Shown here in pieces: positions 14,691 through 26,893 of a stretch of DNA of 64,000 nt. Origin of the DNA: Octopus vulgaris (taxonomy: Eukaryota); assembly GCA_951406725.2 (NCBI GenBank), contig OX597831.1:14632001-14696000 (forward strand), read 5' to 3'. Below the pieces are notes generated by a model, which had not been told where the DNA came from, made no database searches, and saw only the letters and a list, made by a program, of their open reading frames with translations. Positions within the stretch are counted from its first letter, which is position 1. Every line of letters starts with the position of its first letter. Position numbers and translations under genes: made by a program.

Positions 14691-14818
14691 GGCGTAGTTG
14701 TGTGGTAAGATGTTGGCTTCTCCATCACATGGTTCCGAGTTTAGTCCCACTGTTTGGCACCTAGGGCTAGTGTCTTTTAGTATATCCTTGAGCCGACCAA
14801 AGTTTTGCGAGTGGATTT
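14690..14818 (+). mobile_element. SINE A head fragment
   Basis: ggcgtagttgtgtggtaag...agtcccactg...gagtggattt. Confidence 0.7.
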
Positions 14819-14978
14819 ATTATTAATTGAATTTAAATTATTGTTATTCGAATTAGGTTATGGGCATGAAACGATCGTAGTGGTTTACTCTTTATCTTAT
14901 ATTAAACTTTTTAATACATTTTGATAATTATATTTATTAAAAACAAAAAAAAATAATAATAATAATAATAAAAATGAT

Positions 14979-15025
<47 letters not shown>

Positions 15026-15283
15026 TATAAATTTATAAGTATAAATTAATATTTTAAATAATTTTTTAAATTTTAACTTTAAATTTGAATAATTTAAATT
15101 TTGAATTATTTTTTATATATTTTGTATTTTATATTAATTAATTTTATTTCTATGTATTGGTTTATGTTTTTCACTGTTTGATTTGCCTAATAGTGGTTTT
15201 ATCTCTAATTTAATATATATATTTTTACTGTAAAATTAGATTTAATCCTAAATCTAATTTTTCCTAAGTTTGGATTTACTCCC

Positions 15284-15339
<56 letters not shown>

Positions 15340-15434
15340 TTCAGCAAAATTTAGATTGAGATGAATATGGTTCCTAAGTCAAAGGCAACAGAATTTTGTA
15401 TGGCATTATCCATATAAATTAAATGGGGTGATTA

Positions 15435-15654
15435 TAATCAAAATGAGCAACAAGTATATCCAAGGTAGAGTATAATGTTGGCAAATGAAATATGGTTAAG
15501 AATGTGCATTGTCCGTTTGATTGGAAAATTCTACAAGTGGCTGAAGATTGCTCGTCATTTTAAAACTAATGTAATACAGTGTTTAATAAAATGAAGTAGC
15601 ATTAAAAAATTGTTCAACTCTACCTTGGATATACTTGTTGCTTATTTTGATTAC
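15435..15654. repeat. Inverted repeat of about 37 bp within an element embedded in (TA)n
   Basis: taatcaaaatgagcaacaagtatatccaaggtagagt vs actctaccttggatatacttgttgcttattttgatta. Confidence 0.85.
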
Positions 15655-15661
15655 TTATTCA

Positions 15662-15700
<39 letters not shown>

Positions 15701-16054
15701 GCATATACATAGACGTTTATAAATCTATTTGTGCATATTAATGTGTTTGTGGCTGCCTGCTTACGTAAACAGATGCATGTGGGCGTTTGATGTGAAATCA
15801 ATTGATAAAGAAATATGTTGTGCAAACATTTGAATCTGTTGAAGTATAAAACACACCAGCCGACCGTACCTTCTTACATATTCTACTATTATACAACTAG
15901 CCGCGTACCTTATTATAAATTCTATAGCAATGTACACACAGCTGCCTTTCTCAATAATCTCCTTGACACTCTCCCTCTCACTCCTGATATGTTTCATCAA
16001 ACAATCCACCGGATGCGAAAATGCGATTGTGTGATTGTGATAAAAGAAATGAAG

Positions 16055-16086
<32 letters not shown>

Positions 16087-16164
16087 TACTCCAGCAAAGG
16101 ATCAGATATTCATACACCTACCCACACACATACATACAGATATATATATATATATATATGTATA

Positions 16165-16212
<48 letters not shown>

Positions 16213-16223
16213 TATACTTACAC

Positions 16224-16280
<57 letters not shown>

Positions 16281-16544
16281 TACAAACATATATATATATA
16301 TATATGTACATGCGCACTAAAATTGGGTGAATTCATAAAGAATTTGAAAGGATGAATGGATGAATGAATAATGAATGAGTGGATTAATGAATAATGAATG
16401 AGTAGATTAATGAATGAATAAACAGAATGCCACTTGAAGTGGAGAAGCGAAATTGAAGAAATCAAATTCAATAAATTGTTTTATTTTATTTTTTTTTTGT
16501 GTATGTATGTGTCTCCGATCGATTTGTATATTTGTTTAACAATT

Positions 16545-17104
16545 GTCGTCGTCATCGTCGTCTCCATCTTCATCATCATCGTCGTCACCGTTGTCGGCGT
16601 TGTCATCGTCAACATGATCCTCACAACTACCACCATCTCTACCATTCCCACCATTACTACCGCCACCACCACCACCACCACCACCATCGTCGTGGTAGTG
16701 GCCGTCGCCTTCCTTCTCCTCCTTCTCGTCGTCCTCCTCATCATCAACATCGTCAACATTATCCTCACTCCCACCAAAACCACCACCACCATCATCACCA
16801 CCATCATCATCCTCATCATCATCAACGTCATCCTCCTCCTCCTCCTCCTCCTCCTCCTCATCATCATCATCATCATCACCAACACCAACACCAACACCTC
16901 CGCCCCTGTTACCACCACCTCCACCATCACTACCCACACCATCACCACCGTTCTCCGCTGTGTCCTCTTCGTCTTTCTGTTCAACTTCTTCATCATCATC
17001 ATCATCATCATTCACATCATCGTCATTATCATTATCAGCAGCAGCAAAACCACCACCGCCAAAACCATTACAACCGCTACCACCACCACCACCACCACCA
17101 CCAT

Positions 17105-17136
<32 letters not shown>

Positions 17137-17145
17137 TCATTATTG
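16545..17145. repeat. Degenerate trinucleotide block (CAT/CAC/CCT/CGT)
   Basis: Period-3 low-complexity sequence; several overlapping ORFs. Confidence 0.85.
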
Positions 17146-17460
17146 GTCTTATGCGATGCATTCGTTTGTCTGTTTTCGGTTTCAGCGCCAGTGATTAATA
17201 ATGCATGAATATCTTTTGTTGGTGACTCTCCGTTGCACATGTCTCCGCCACTTTTCATCTCGTTCGCTCTCCTCTTACAAATGTCTGCTGGTGACGACGC
17301 TTTCATCCGTTGATTTCCAATGATTAAAACGAACTATTTATAGTTAAACGTAGAATTTCTTTCTGTAGTTTTACAATATCCAAAACCGTCATCGGATCCC
17401 GATTTAACATATGTCTTCATCTGGAATGTTCTTTTCCTCGGAACACGAGCATAAAGAAGC

Positions 17461-17540
<80 letters not shown>

Positions 17541-17548
17541 GTTATTAT

Positions 17549-18098
17549 TGAGTGAGAGAGCAGTGCATGCCATCAAAGTGACACTGGGGTAAAAATATAC
17601 GAATCCCAGCATACCCATCATGACTACCCGTCTGATAAGGGTACACTAGGCACATGTATCATAAACATATGTGTGCAACATGGTGATCTCATATCAAGAC
17701 AAACAGCGCATGACCTTCTGGATGGGGCCCAGTTAGAATTTTATTCTGGTCGAGTAGCCCATCCCACTCAAATGGTTCCTGAATAAGGGTTGTTTAAGGA
17801 TGTTGACCAAAACATCATGTTTCCAGAGGTGAATCATCCAAACCCCAAAGAATTCCTCTCAACACATGGCTATGATGCTCCCCCACTATTTCTGCTCATG
17901 ATCAGAGATGCACATTTCGTCAGCCACTAAGGGACATGGTCAACTGGATAAGGTCAAACAACTGACAAGCAAATCTGTGGTATTGAGCAGAATATTTGCT
18001 GTAGCCCATCTTTTATACCAAGACAAAACAGTGTACATGATAACACTTCCAATCAGTTAAGATGAGAAGCCATGAGAGCCACTGTCTGGTACTGCATC
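17549..18098 (-). mobile_element. Non-coding element X (about 550 bp) flanked by TAA/ATG repeats
   Basis: Reverse complement matches 55676-56045 over about 370 bp; 3' end ...ctctctcactc(AAT)n. Confidence 0.75.
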
Positions 18099-18120
18099 AT
18101 CATCATCATCATCATCATCA

Positions 18121-18173
<53 letters not shown>

Positions 18174-18175
<2 letters not shown>

Positions 18176-18797
18176 TTTTTTTTTCTTCTTTCAAATTTGC
18201 TTCCATTTCTTGCCGAGTGTCTTCTCGACTCCTAGGGCAAAGAAACTCATAGTATACATTGGTAGGCCATTAAACCAAACTCAATAGTTCGTTCATTTTT
18301 TATTTTAAGTTAAATTAAAATACATGAGCAGCAACAGTTCTCACATCGACAATGCTCTTCTCAATACGTGTGATGTACCAGTTAAGACAATCTTTTGCAC
18401 TTCTTGCAGGGATGGTAAGCCAGGGATCATTCTCATATAATTTTCGGTTCCCTTATTGATCATTCCTAGTGTTCCTACGATCACTGATATTGTAATCGCC
18501 TTGAGATGCCACATTTTCTCAATTTCAATGAGTAGGTCTTTATATTTTCTGAGCTTGTCAAACTCTTTCGCTGAGATATTATGATCACAGGGGATGCTCA
18601 TGTCGATCAATAAGCAAACTTTATTATTTTGGTCTTTCACAACAATATCTGGTTTATTGGCCTTGATGGTTCGGTCTGTATGTACTGGAAAGTCCCACAG
18701 AATGGTTACATTTTCTCCTTCAGTTACAGCCTCAGGGTGGTGATTATACCACTTGTCGGCAGTTTTGATATTGTAATGCCGACTTATTAGCCAGTGT
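18174..18797 (-). mobile_element. 5'-truncated R4/Dong-clade retrotransposon in (TAA)n
   Basis: IHWLISRHY...ILWDFPVHTDRTIKANKPDIVV...LIDMSIP...KLRKYKDL restriction-like endonuclease; TAA arrays on both sides. Confidence 0.9.
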
Positions 18798-18826
18798 ATC
18801 CTCATCATCATTATCATCTTAATCAA

Positions 18827-18908
<82 letters not shown>

Positions 18909-19316
18909 TCTCTGTATTGTTTTTATTTTAATGGTCAAAAACCCGGTGGTTGCCCATGTCGCAATTTCCCTCTCTCCACACCAAAATTGTTACCCAGGAA
19001 GAAAGAAGATCCGATGAAGTTCGAGACCCTTGTTGTCGTAGTTCACCCCAAATGAAGGTCACGTGAGCCCCCGTTTCGTATTCAGCGACCGAAAGGATGT
19101 TTGTACAACTTGTTCTCTGAACCCTTGCTGGTTCGGATCGGTTGAGTGATGATGATTAAGATGATGATAATGATGATGATGATTAGGAGGAGGAGGAAGT
19201 GGATGGTGATGATGAGGATAATGAGGATTAAGACGATAATGATGTTGATTAAGATAATGATAATGATGATGATGACGATGGTGACGATGATTATGGTGAT
19301 GATGATGATGATTACG

Positions 19317-19348
<32 letters not shown>

Positions 19349-19809
19349 GAGGAGGAGGAGGGAGATGATGGTGATGAGGATGATTATGTTTAAGATAACG
19401 ATGATGTTGATTAAGATGATAATGATGATGAGGATAATGACGATTGTAATGATGATGATGATGTGAAGGAGGAAGTGGAGGCGGAGGATGAGTGCTCTGA
19501 TCTAGGAATGAAACATCGGGACCGGCGATCAAACGACGACAATAACAATAACGACCACAGCTGTAACTGAAACTTCTTATAAGCTAAATGCAGTAATCCA
19601 TTGTTATTAAGAGACCAGATTAGAAAAGCTGAAAGAGATTAACGCAACGAAGTGGATCACTCGGTAAATCCTCGGACAAAAATGCGTTTCAGTTATTTCG
19701 TACGTCCTCCTCCCCTTGTTCTGAGTTCAAATTCCATGGAAGTCAGTACTGCCTTTTATTCTTCCTGGCTTGATAAATGAAACACCAGTTAAGCACGTGT
19801 GTCGATACT

Positions 19810-20003
19810 TCTCTCTCTACCTAAACTCTCTCTCTTTCTCTCTCTACCTAAACTCTCTCTCTTTTTCTCTCTACCTAAACTCTCACCCTTTCTCTCTCTA
19901 CCTAAACCATCTCTCTCTTTTTCTCTCTACCTAAACTCTCTCCCTTTCTCTCTCTACCTAAACTCTCTCCCTTTCTCTCTCTACCTAAACCATCTCTCTC
20001 TTT
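19810..20003 (+). repeat. Minisatellite, 25-29-bp unit ctctctctacctaaac..., 7 copies
   Basis: tacctaaac recurs 7 times. Confidence 0.9.
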
Positions 20004-21037
20004 CCCTTCACTCTCGCTCTCATTATTTCTATTCCTTTAATACATTCTTGGAACTGATCAGGGCTGACATGCGGTCATTTTGAAACGAATAAATAAACGA
20101 ATTCATAAGCAAATGAAAGCAGATGGAATTAAATCAACAGGAAACGATCTTTGTATTTTCTTACGATAATTCTCTGGCAAGAAGATAGCGCTTATTTAGG
20201 AAATCTCTGGGGGGAGGGGGTTCTTCTCTGCTATGAAGGTACGAAGAAAGAGTGGCACAAGGAATGGATATAAAAAAAAGTTATTTGATCTTCTCGGAGA
20301 ATAAAGCAAAGAATATAAAAACGAACAACAAAAGACATCTGCAAAAACTTTTTAAAAAAACATGCTAGTGGTGTTGAGTTGATCGTATATTGTAGTTTTA
20401 GTTATACAAACTTTTCCATTCCTTTCTCGTATTTGCAGAAGAATTTAGACGTGACAGAATAAACCACTAACATACAAACAGGTTGCTCGAAGGTGAAGAC
20501 AGCATCGCATGGCTTGAGTTGTATTTGTGGCGGCTGTTTTCTTATTTTGTCATCTTCATTGAGGCGGAGATTGTTCATGTTGTTGTTGTTGTCGTTCAAA
20601 CAGCAAGTAAGATCTGAATGAGTAGAATTACCAATAATATTCCAGCTTTCAGAATCCCTTGTATTTTGCTCTATAATTGTTTCTTTCTTTTAAAAAAAAA
20701 ACAAACAAAAAGATCGCACGGTCGACCGATCACGAAGAGGCTCCGTCGTGATTCTTTCCCCGTCTACATCTTTGTCGGGAAACTTCTTTTCTCAATCATC
20801 ACTTTCTCTGTCACCATACATACATACATACATACATACACAAGATACATATATGTATATATTTATATGAGTGTATAAATATGTATGTACATATATATCA
20901 ATAATAAATCTCTGGGTGAGACAAATACTGATAGGGCACAGAAAGGGTGTCAATAGCCAGCTGGATGAGGTGTCCTCCTGGGGCTACAAGCTACAGTAGC
21001 ATCCACCCTTAAATATACTTCACTGTGTATATATCAA

Positions 21038-21103
<66 letters not shown>

Positions 21104-21166
21104 GCTATCTATCTATCTATTTATCTATCTTGATATATATATATATATATGTGTGTAAATAAATAA

Positions 21167-21224
<58 letters not shown>

Positions 21225-21400
21225 TTACTAATACATCTGTTTGTTTTGTACACCACCTGTCATCGTCTTTTGTTTTTTTCGTAAACTCTCCCTACATATA
21301 TATTTACATATATATATGTATATATATATATATATATATGTAAATATATATACTTATGTATATATCTATATCTATCTATATATATATCTTTATATATATA

Positions 21401-21794
21401 CTAGCAGTATCGCCCGGCGTTGCTCGGGTTTGTAAGGGAAATAATTATATAAGCATTTTTAGAGATGTAAAGTATAATAGCCATCTCAATATGGCTAACC
21501 ACAAAGGGGGAGGGGTGTTACTGTAGCTTTTTACGTTCTGAGATTTAATAATAAATTTTAGAGAGTTACTTCTCTTATATATGTCAAAAATGGATTAAAA
21601 ATGGGAAAAATTGATGGTAAACTTTTTTTAAATCGTAGACTCATCGTAGACGCGCGCTAATACCCAGACGGTCTCGATATGAATCACGACTATAAGATAC
21701 CCGGTTTTGGTTAAACTGCACCGCAAAATGTGGGAGTAGTTAGGAATCTAAATCGTAGGAGACAGACACACAACCTCACTTTTATATATAAAGA
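21401..21794 (-). mobile_element. Non-autonomous Helitron
   Basis: Minus strand: A|TC at the 5' end, hairpin cccgagcaacgccggg and CTAG|T at the 3' end; no TSD. Confidence 0.8.
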
Positions 21795-21954
21795 TTTCCC
21801 CTATTTACATAATATTGAGGTCTCTTTCTTTCTTTTGTTATCTTACTGTTTTTACCAATATACATATATATATATATAAATATATATATAGTTACAGAGA
21901 TGTACTTGCATAGCAAGTGACTTGATCTGAGATCGTGTGCTGGAACGAAAACAG

Positions 21955-22213
21955 TTGCAGCGTTGAAGGTGTTTATAAGCCATTTAAGAAACACACAAAA
22001 ACCGTTAGATTCACTTCAACATTTAAATTTAATTTGTCAAAATATTTTCGTCGCTTTGAGACCGCGACCTGTTAGCACGATATTTTTGTCAGTGAACAGG
22101 TCGCGGTCTCAAAGCGACGAAAATATTTTGGCAAATTAAATTTAAATGTTGAAGTGAATGTAACGGTTTTTGTGTGTTTCTTAAATGGCTTACAAACACC
22201 TTCCACGCTGCAA
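21955..22213. repeat. 119-bp near-perfect inverted repeat, 21-nt loop
   Basis: 21955-22073 vs 22095-22213; about 4 mismatches counted by eye. Confidence 0.95.
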
Positions 22214-22289
22214 TATATATATACACACATATATATATATATGTATGTATGTATGTATGTGTGTATATGTGTATGCATGTATGTGTGTG

Positions 22290-22510
22290 TGTGCGTGTCT
22301 GTGCTTGTGATTGTCCTCCACCACTGCTTGACAACGAATGTTGGTTTGTTTACATCCCTGTCACCTAGTGGTTTGACAAAGGAAACAGATAGAATAAGTA
22401 CAATGCTTACAAAAATAAAACTGGAGTTTATTCATTAAACTACAATTCTTCAAGGCATTGCCCCAGCATGGCCACAGACCAATGGCTGGAAAAAGCAGAA
22501 GAATAAAAGA
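22290..22510 (+). mobile_element. SINE A 3' half (diverged)
   Basis: cttgacaac...gatagaataagtac...ccagcatggccacag. Confidence 0.7.
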
Positions 22511-22578
22511 ATACATTCTCTGCTTTGGTCTTATGTTCAAGGCATGAGAAAGCTTGAGTTTACATGAGAAGGCCTAAC

Positions 22579-22840
22579 AGACCTGGTAGAAACAGCAGCC
22601 AAATCTCCCTCAAATCACACCTTACTGTCTTATGTATGTATATATATATGAGCCAATGAGGGGGACCTCTACATGGTAGCTAGACCTGGTAGAAATAGCA
22701 GCCAAATTTCCCCCAAATCACACCTTACTGTCTTATCTATGTATATATGTATGAGCCTATGAGGGAGACCCCTACATGGCAGCTAGACATGGTAGAAATA
22801 GCAGCCAAATCTCCCTCAAATCACACCTTACTGTCTTATC
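22579..22840 (+). repeat. Tandem repeat, 103-bp period, about 2.5 copies
   Basis: agac(c/a)tggtagaaa starts at 22579, 22682 and 22785. Confidence 0.9.
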
Positions 22841-22953
22841 TTTCTGCTACTTGGATATAGGTCTTATATTCATCGTAAAAAACTTTCCTGTCACACACTC
22901 ACGCACACGCACACACACACACACACACGCACCCTCACACACACACACACGCG

Positions 22954-22984
<31 letters not shown>

Positions 22985-23089
22985 ACACGCACGTTAGCTT
23001 ACAATTTTATTTATATATTTTCGTGTCTATGTGTGGAAAGAGGAAGTGGGAGGCAGAGTGAAAGAATCACTCACTACAGTAAGTGAATT

Positions 23090-24867
23090 AGTTTCATTTT
23101 ATTCGTTGCCCACTGTGTGTGTGCGTTTGCGTGTGGTGTAAACCAGACTAAGAAAAGCATTTGACACACACACCAGAATGTGAGTTTTCTGTAAATTTTG
23201 CTTAATTGGAGTTTAAATTTTGAAAACTGGACCTGGCATGACGCGATGCATTGTACTCTCAAAAATGCTAGGTAAATTGTAATTGAAGAAATCCTATATT
23301 GTAGATTTCTATAACTCCCAAAGGGAGGCAGATAAAAATCTGCCTTTTATAATAAGACTAGCAGTATCGCCCGGCGTTGCTCGGGTTGTAAGGGAAATAA
23401 CTATATAAGCATTTTTAGAGAGTTATAGCCAAAAAATGCATTAAAAATTGAAAAAAAATTAAGGTAAATATTTTTTAAATCGTTGACACATCGTAGATAT
23501 TTTTAGAGAGTTACTTCCCTTATATAAAAGCGAAAAAAATGCATTAAAATGGAAAAATATGATGGTAAATTTTTTTTTAAATCGTAGACTCATCGTAGAC
23601 GCACGCTAATACCCAGAAGGGCTCGATATGAATCACGACTATAAGATACCCGCTTTTGGTTAAACTGCACCGCAAAATGTGGGAGTAGTTAGGAATCGAA
23701 ATCGTAGGAGACAGACACACAACTTCACTCTTATATAAAGATGCTTTTTTTTTTTCAGTCATAGAGTTAGATTTATGAAGGTCTTCAGTAGAAAATCCTT
23801 CGAATTCTGACTCGCTGCTTGATATAATGAAATTCGTATCCATTTTTTGTCAGAATTACAAATTTTGAAAACACAATAGGAACAAATTTCGGAAAAAAAT
23901 CTCCCATAATTCACGGAATTAAAATTACACTTCGATTTTTGTACAAAACTGTAGTTGAAGTGTTTACGAAGTATTTTACGTGTTTTCACGAATGTACTAA
24001 AGAGATTTGCTCTGATATTCTCATTTAAATATGAATAGGTAAATTCGGGCGGCTTGGTAACTATATATAAGTGTCGTCTGTTTATACATAAACACTGTTT
24101 CATACTGCAATTATGTATACATATATCTATATATAATATTATATAATAAAATATATACAGAGTAAAATAAAAACCAATTTACCTTTTCTGTCCTCCGTGT
24201 GTCTTTGCAAATGTGTTGGAATAAGTGAGTTGTGTTTTTGCGCCTTTTTTACTAATAACAAACACACACGTGTTTGTATGTAGTTGTATGTGTATGTAGT
24301 TGTATGTAGTTGTATATGTATGTGTATGCGTGTGTGTGAGGAATGACACACACACACTCGCAAGCACACATGTACATCAATGCTTTCGGAGTGATATGTT
24401 AAAATATTGAGTTTTCTCGAATTTTGTCTTAATTGGGGGTGAAATTGAAAGAAATATATTATGGCATGAGCGAATGGAGTACTTTGAAAAATCTTAGGTA
24501 AATTCTAATTGAAGAAATTGTGTGAGGACTAAATGGTTATGTATTTATTTGTTTCTGTTTGCTGTGTTTTTTTATTTTTTGAGTAGTGGTTTAATTACTT
24601 TCAGTTTAGGCTTCCTCAAATCACTCTGTCGCTATTTACTTTCATTTTATTCGTTGCCCACTGTGTGTGTGCGTTTGCGTGTGGTGTAAACCAGACTAAG
24701 AAAAGCATTTGACACACACAAGAATGTGAGTTTTCTGTAAATTTTGCTTAATTGGAGTTTAAATTTTAAAAACTGGACCTGGCATGACGCAATGCATTGT
24801 ACTCTTAAAAATGCAAGGTAAATTGTAATTAAAGAAATCCTATATTGTAGATTTGTATAACTCCCAA

Positions 24868-24870
<3 letters not shown>
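23090..24870. repeat. Direct duplication of about 230 bp (23092-23321 and 24640-24868) plus a diverged copy at about 24410-24520; probably a second Helitron family
   Basis: Near-identical text ttcattttattcgttgcccactg...ataactcccaaag; the first copy runs to a TC-type 5' end at 23357. Confidence 0.7.
23358..23741 (-). mobile_element. Non-autonomous Helitron, second copy of the same family
   Basis: Same termini and body as 21401-21794, with an internal duplication of about 100 bp. Confidence 0.8.
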
Positions 24871-24939
<69 letters not shown>

Positions 24940-24951
24940 CTGTGTGTGTAT

Positions 24952-24982
<31 letters not shown>

Positions 24983-25260
24983 CTTTCTGTATCCTGTGTT
25001 TTCTTTGGGTTCAGCCACTCCACTGATGCTATCGATAATCTGCACAATGCGGATACACATTCATATTGACCACTTCACATTTTTTCTTTATCTGTTCTGC
25101 TAAACGCTGATGAGGTGTATTAGTAAGGTTGCATAATCTTTTTCAACCAGGCAATTACGGACTCCTGGCAGTCGATTTACGCGAACGCATGTTTGTTTTA
25201 TGAAGCAGAAAATACCCAATACGTTATATGCATCTTCTTAACTCACTCACTCTCTCTCTT

Positions 25261-25354
<94 letters not shown>

Positions 25355-25599
25355 CCTGCTCGCTTAGCCAGTGGGGTGGAGTTATTTGAAGGCTAAAACA
25401 ATGTAAAGCGCATTGTGACTAGTGATGTGTAGCAACATCTGATAGCCTGGTCGGTTACGGTGATATATATATATATATATATATTGAGAGAGAGAGAGGG
25501 GGGGAGGGAGTTAAGGAATTCCAGCTAACGTATTGGGTGTTTTATTGGCTAAGTAAAGGAGGACGAATTAATGTGGAGTGGATTACACTGTGTTAGAGA

Positions 25600-26260
25600 T
25601 GTAAAAGAGTAATACAGAAGACCCATCGATACGATATAAACCCTTATATAAAAATAGAATTCCTGTATGTATCTGGTGTAATTGGTAAAAGCAACTTAAT
25701 TCTCTTACTTTCGCCGACGCTATACATCAAAGGAAAAATTACCATTTTCTAAAAATTCACTGATTTGTGTGAAAGGATAAATACAGAATTCCACTTATTT
25801 GCGTTTATTTCAGTTTCTGACTCGTTAATGCTGATGTGAATTTTAGCCAACTTTAATGTTTTTTGAAGTAATTGTTTAGTAATCGAAAGCAAATAATAAA
25901 CGACATCAATGAGTGAATCTAATGGGTTGCTTGTTTCTGATTTTATTGCGCTTCTCTACGAGCAACATATCGTACTTCCACATGGCTAAAGTGGAAATTT
26001 TCGTGATCATTTTAATTTATCATGTTAACAATATCCAGTTGACTTTTCGGAAGTGTTAAAGAATCTTTCAGATAATCATTCAAGAAATTAACCTTGTGAT
26101 CGTTAAAAGTGATGTATGGTTCACGTAGTGTTAACCTTTTGACATATCCGTCAGTATTTAAATTGTTTGCAATCTCATGTTTCTCAACGACAGGATAATA
26201 TAATATGCTCGCCATCGATGGTTTTAGTTTCCTCACCTAATCATGTGCTTTGTTTTTAAT
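25600..26260 (-). mobile_element. Highly decayed Penelope-like retroelement RT fragment
   Basis: EPYITFNDHKVNF (cf. FITLKDHKENF), SITKQLLQKTLKLAK, FDV, and GLYRIDG at about 25625-25645 (cf. GLYRDDG), in the order expected for this RT type. Confidence 0.6.
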
Positions 26261-26461
26261 CTGTCGGACGTAGAGAGACAACAAGAAAACGCCAATGAAA
26301 GATTCTGTTTACTCACCGGTCTTTATTGTTGAGATTTTAAAAAATTTCTGATATTACAATAAAGCGTCTCGAATGATGTTATAAGAATATATGACACCAG
26401 TAGTAATACTGCGTGCATATATACTTGTGTACATGCACGCATGCATTATATATATATACGC

Positions 26462-26834
26462 AGAGGCGCAATGGCCCAGCTGTTAGGGCAGCGGACTCAC
26501 TGTCATTGGATCGCGGTTTCGATTCCCAGACCGGGCGTTGTTAGTGTTTATTAAGCGGAAGCTCCTAAAGCTCCACGAGGCTGCAACAGGGGCTGGTGGT
26601 GAACCCTACTGAACTCTTTCACTACAGATTTCTCTCGTTCTTTATTCCTGTTTCGGTTGTACTTGTATTTCAAAGGGCCAGCCTTGTCACACACTGTGTC
26701 ACGCTGAATCTCTTCGAGAACTACGTTAACGGTACGCGTGTCTGTGGAGACCTCATTCACTCGCAAGTCAATTTCACGAGCAGGCTGTTCCGTTGATCCG
26801 ATCAAATCCTCGTCGTCGTTACCGACGGAGTGCC
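26462..26834 (+). mobile_element. SINE family C (tRNA-derived head)
   Basis: gaggcgcaatggcccagctgttagggcagcggactc...gtttcgattccc, with A-box-like and B-box-like motifs. Confidence 0.85.

Positions 26835-26893
<59 letters not shown>

Noticed and set aside
14870-14886. GAAACGAUCGUA palindromic stem III
   Set aside because: No upstream CUGANGA box; 3' half only.
19810-20003. CRISPR-like repeat array
   Set aside because: No unique spacers; CT-rich minisatellite in eukaryotic DNA.
20439-20606. Plus-strand AG...gtaaga segment as the signal-peptide exon of the PLA2-like gene
   Set aside because: The phase-1 frame has no Met, and the phase-0 frame (MLLLLSFKQQ) is too short for a signal peptide.
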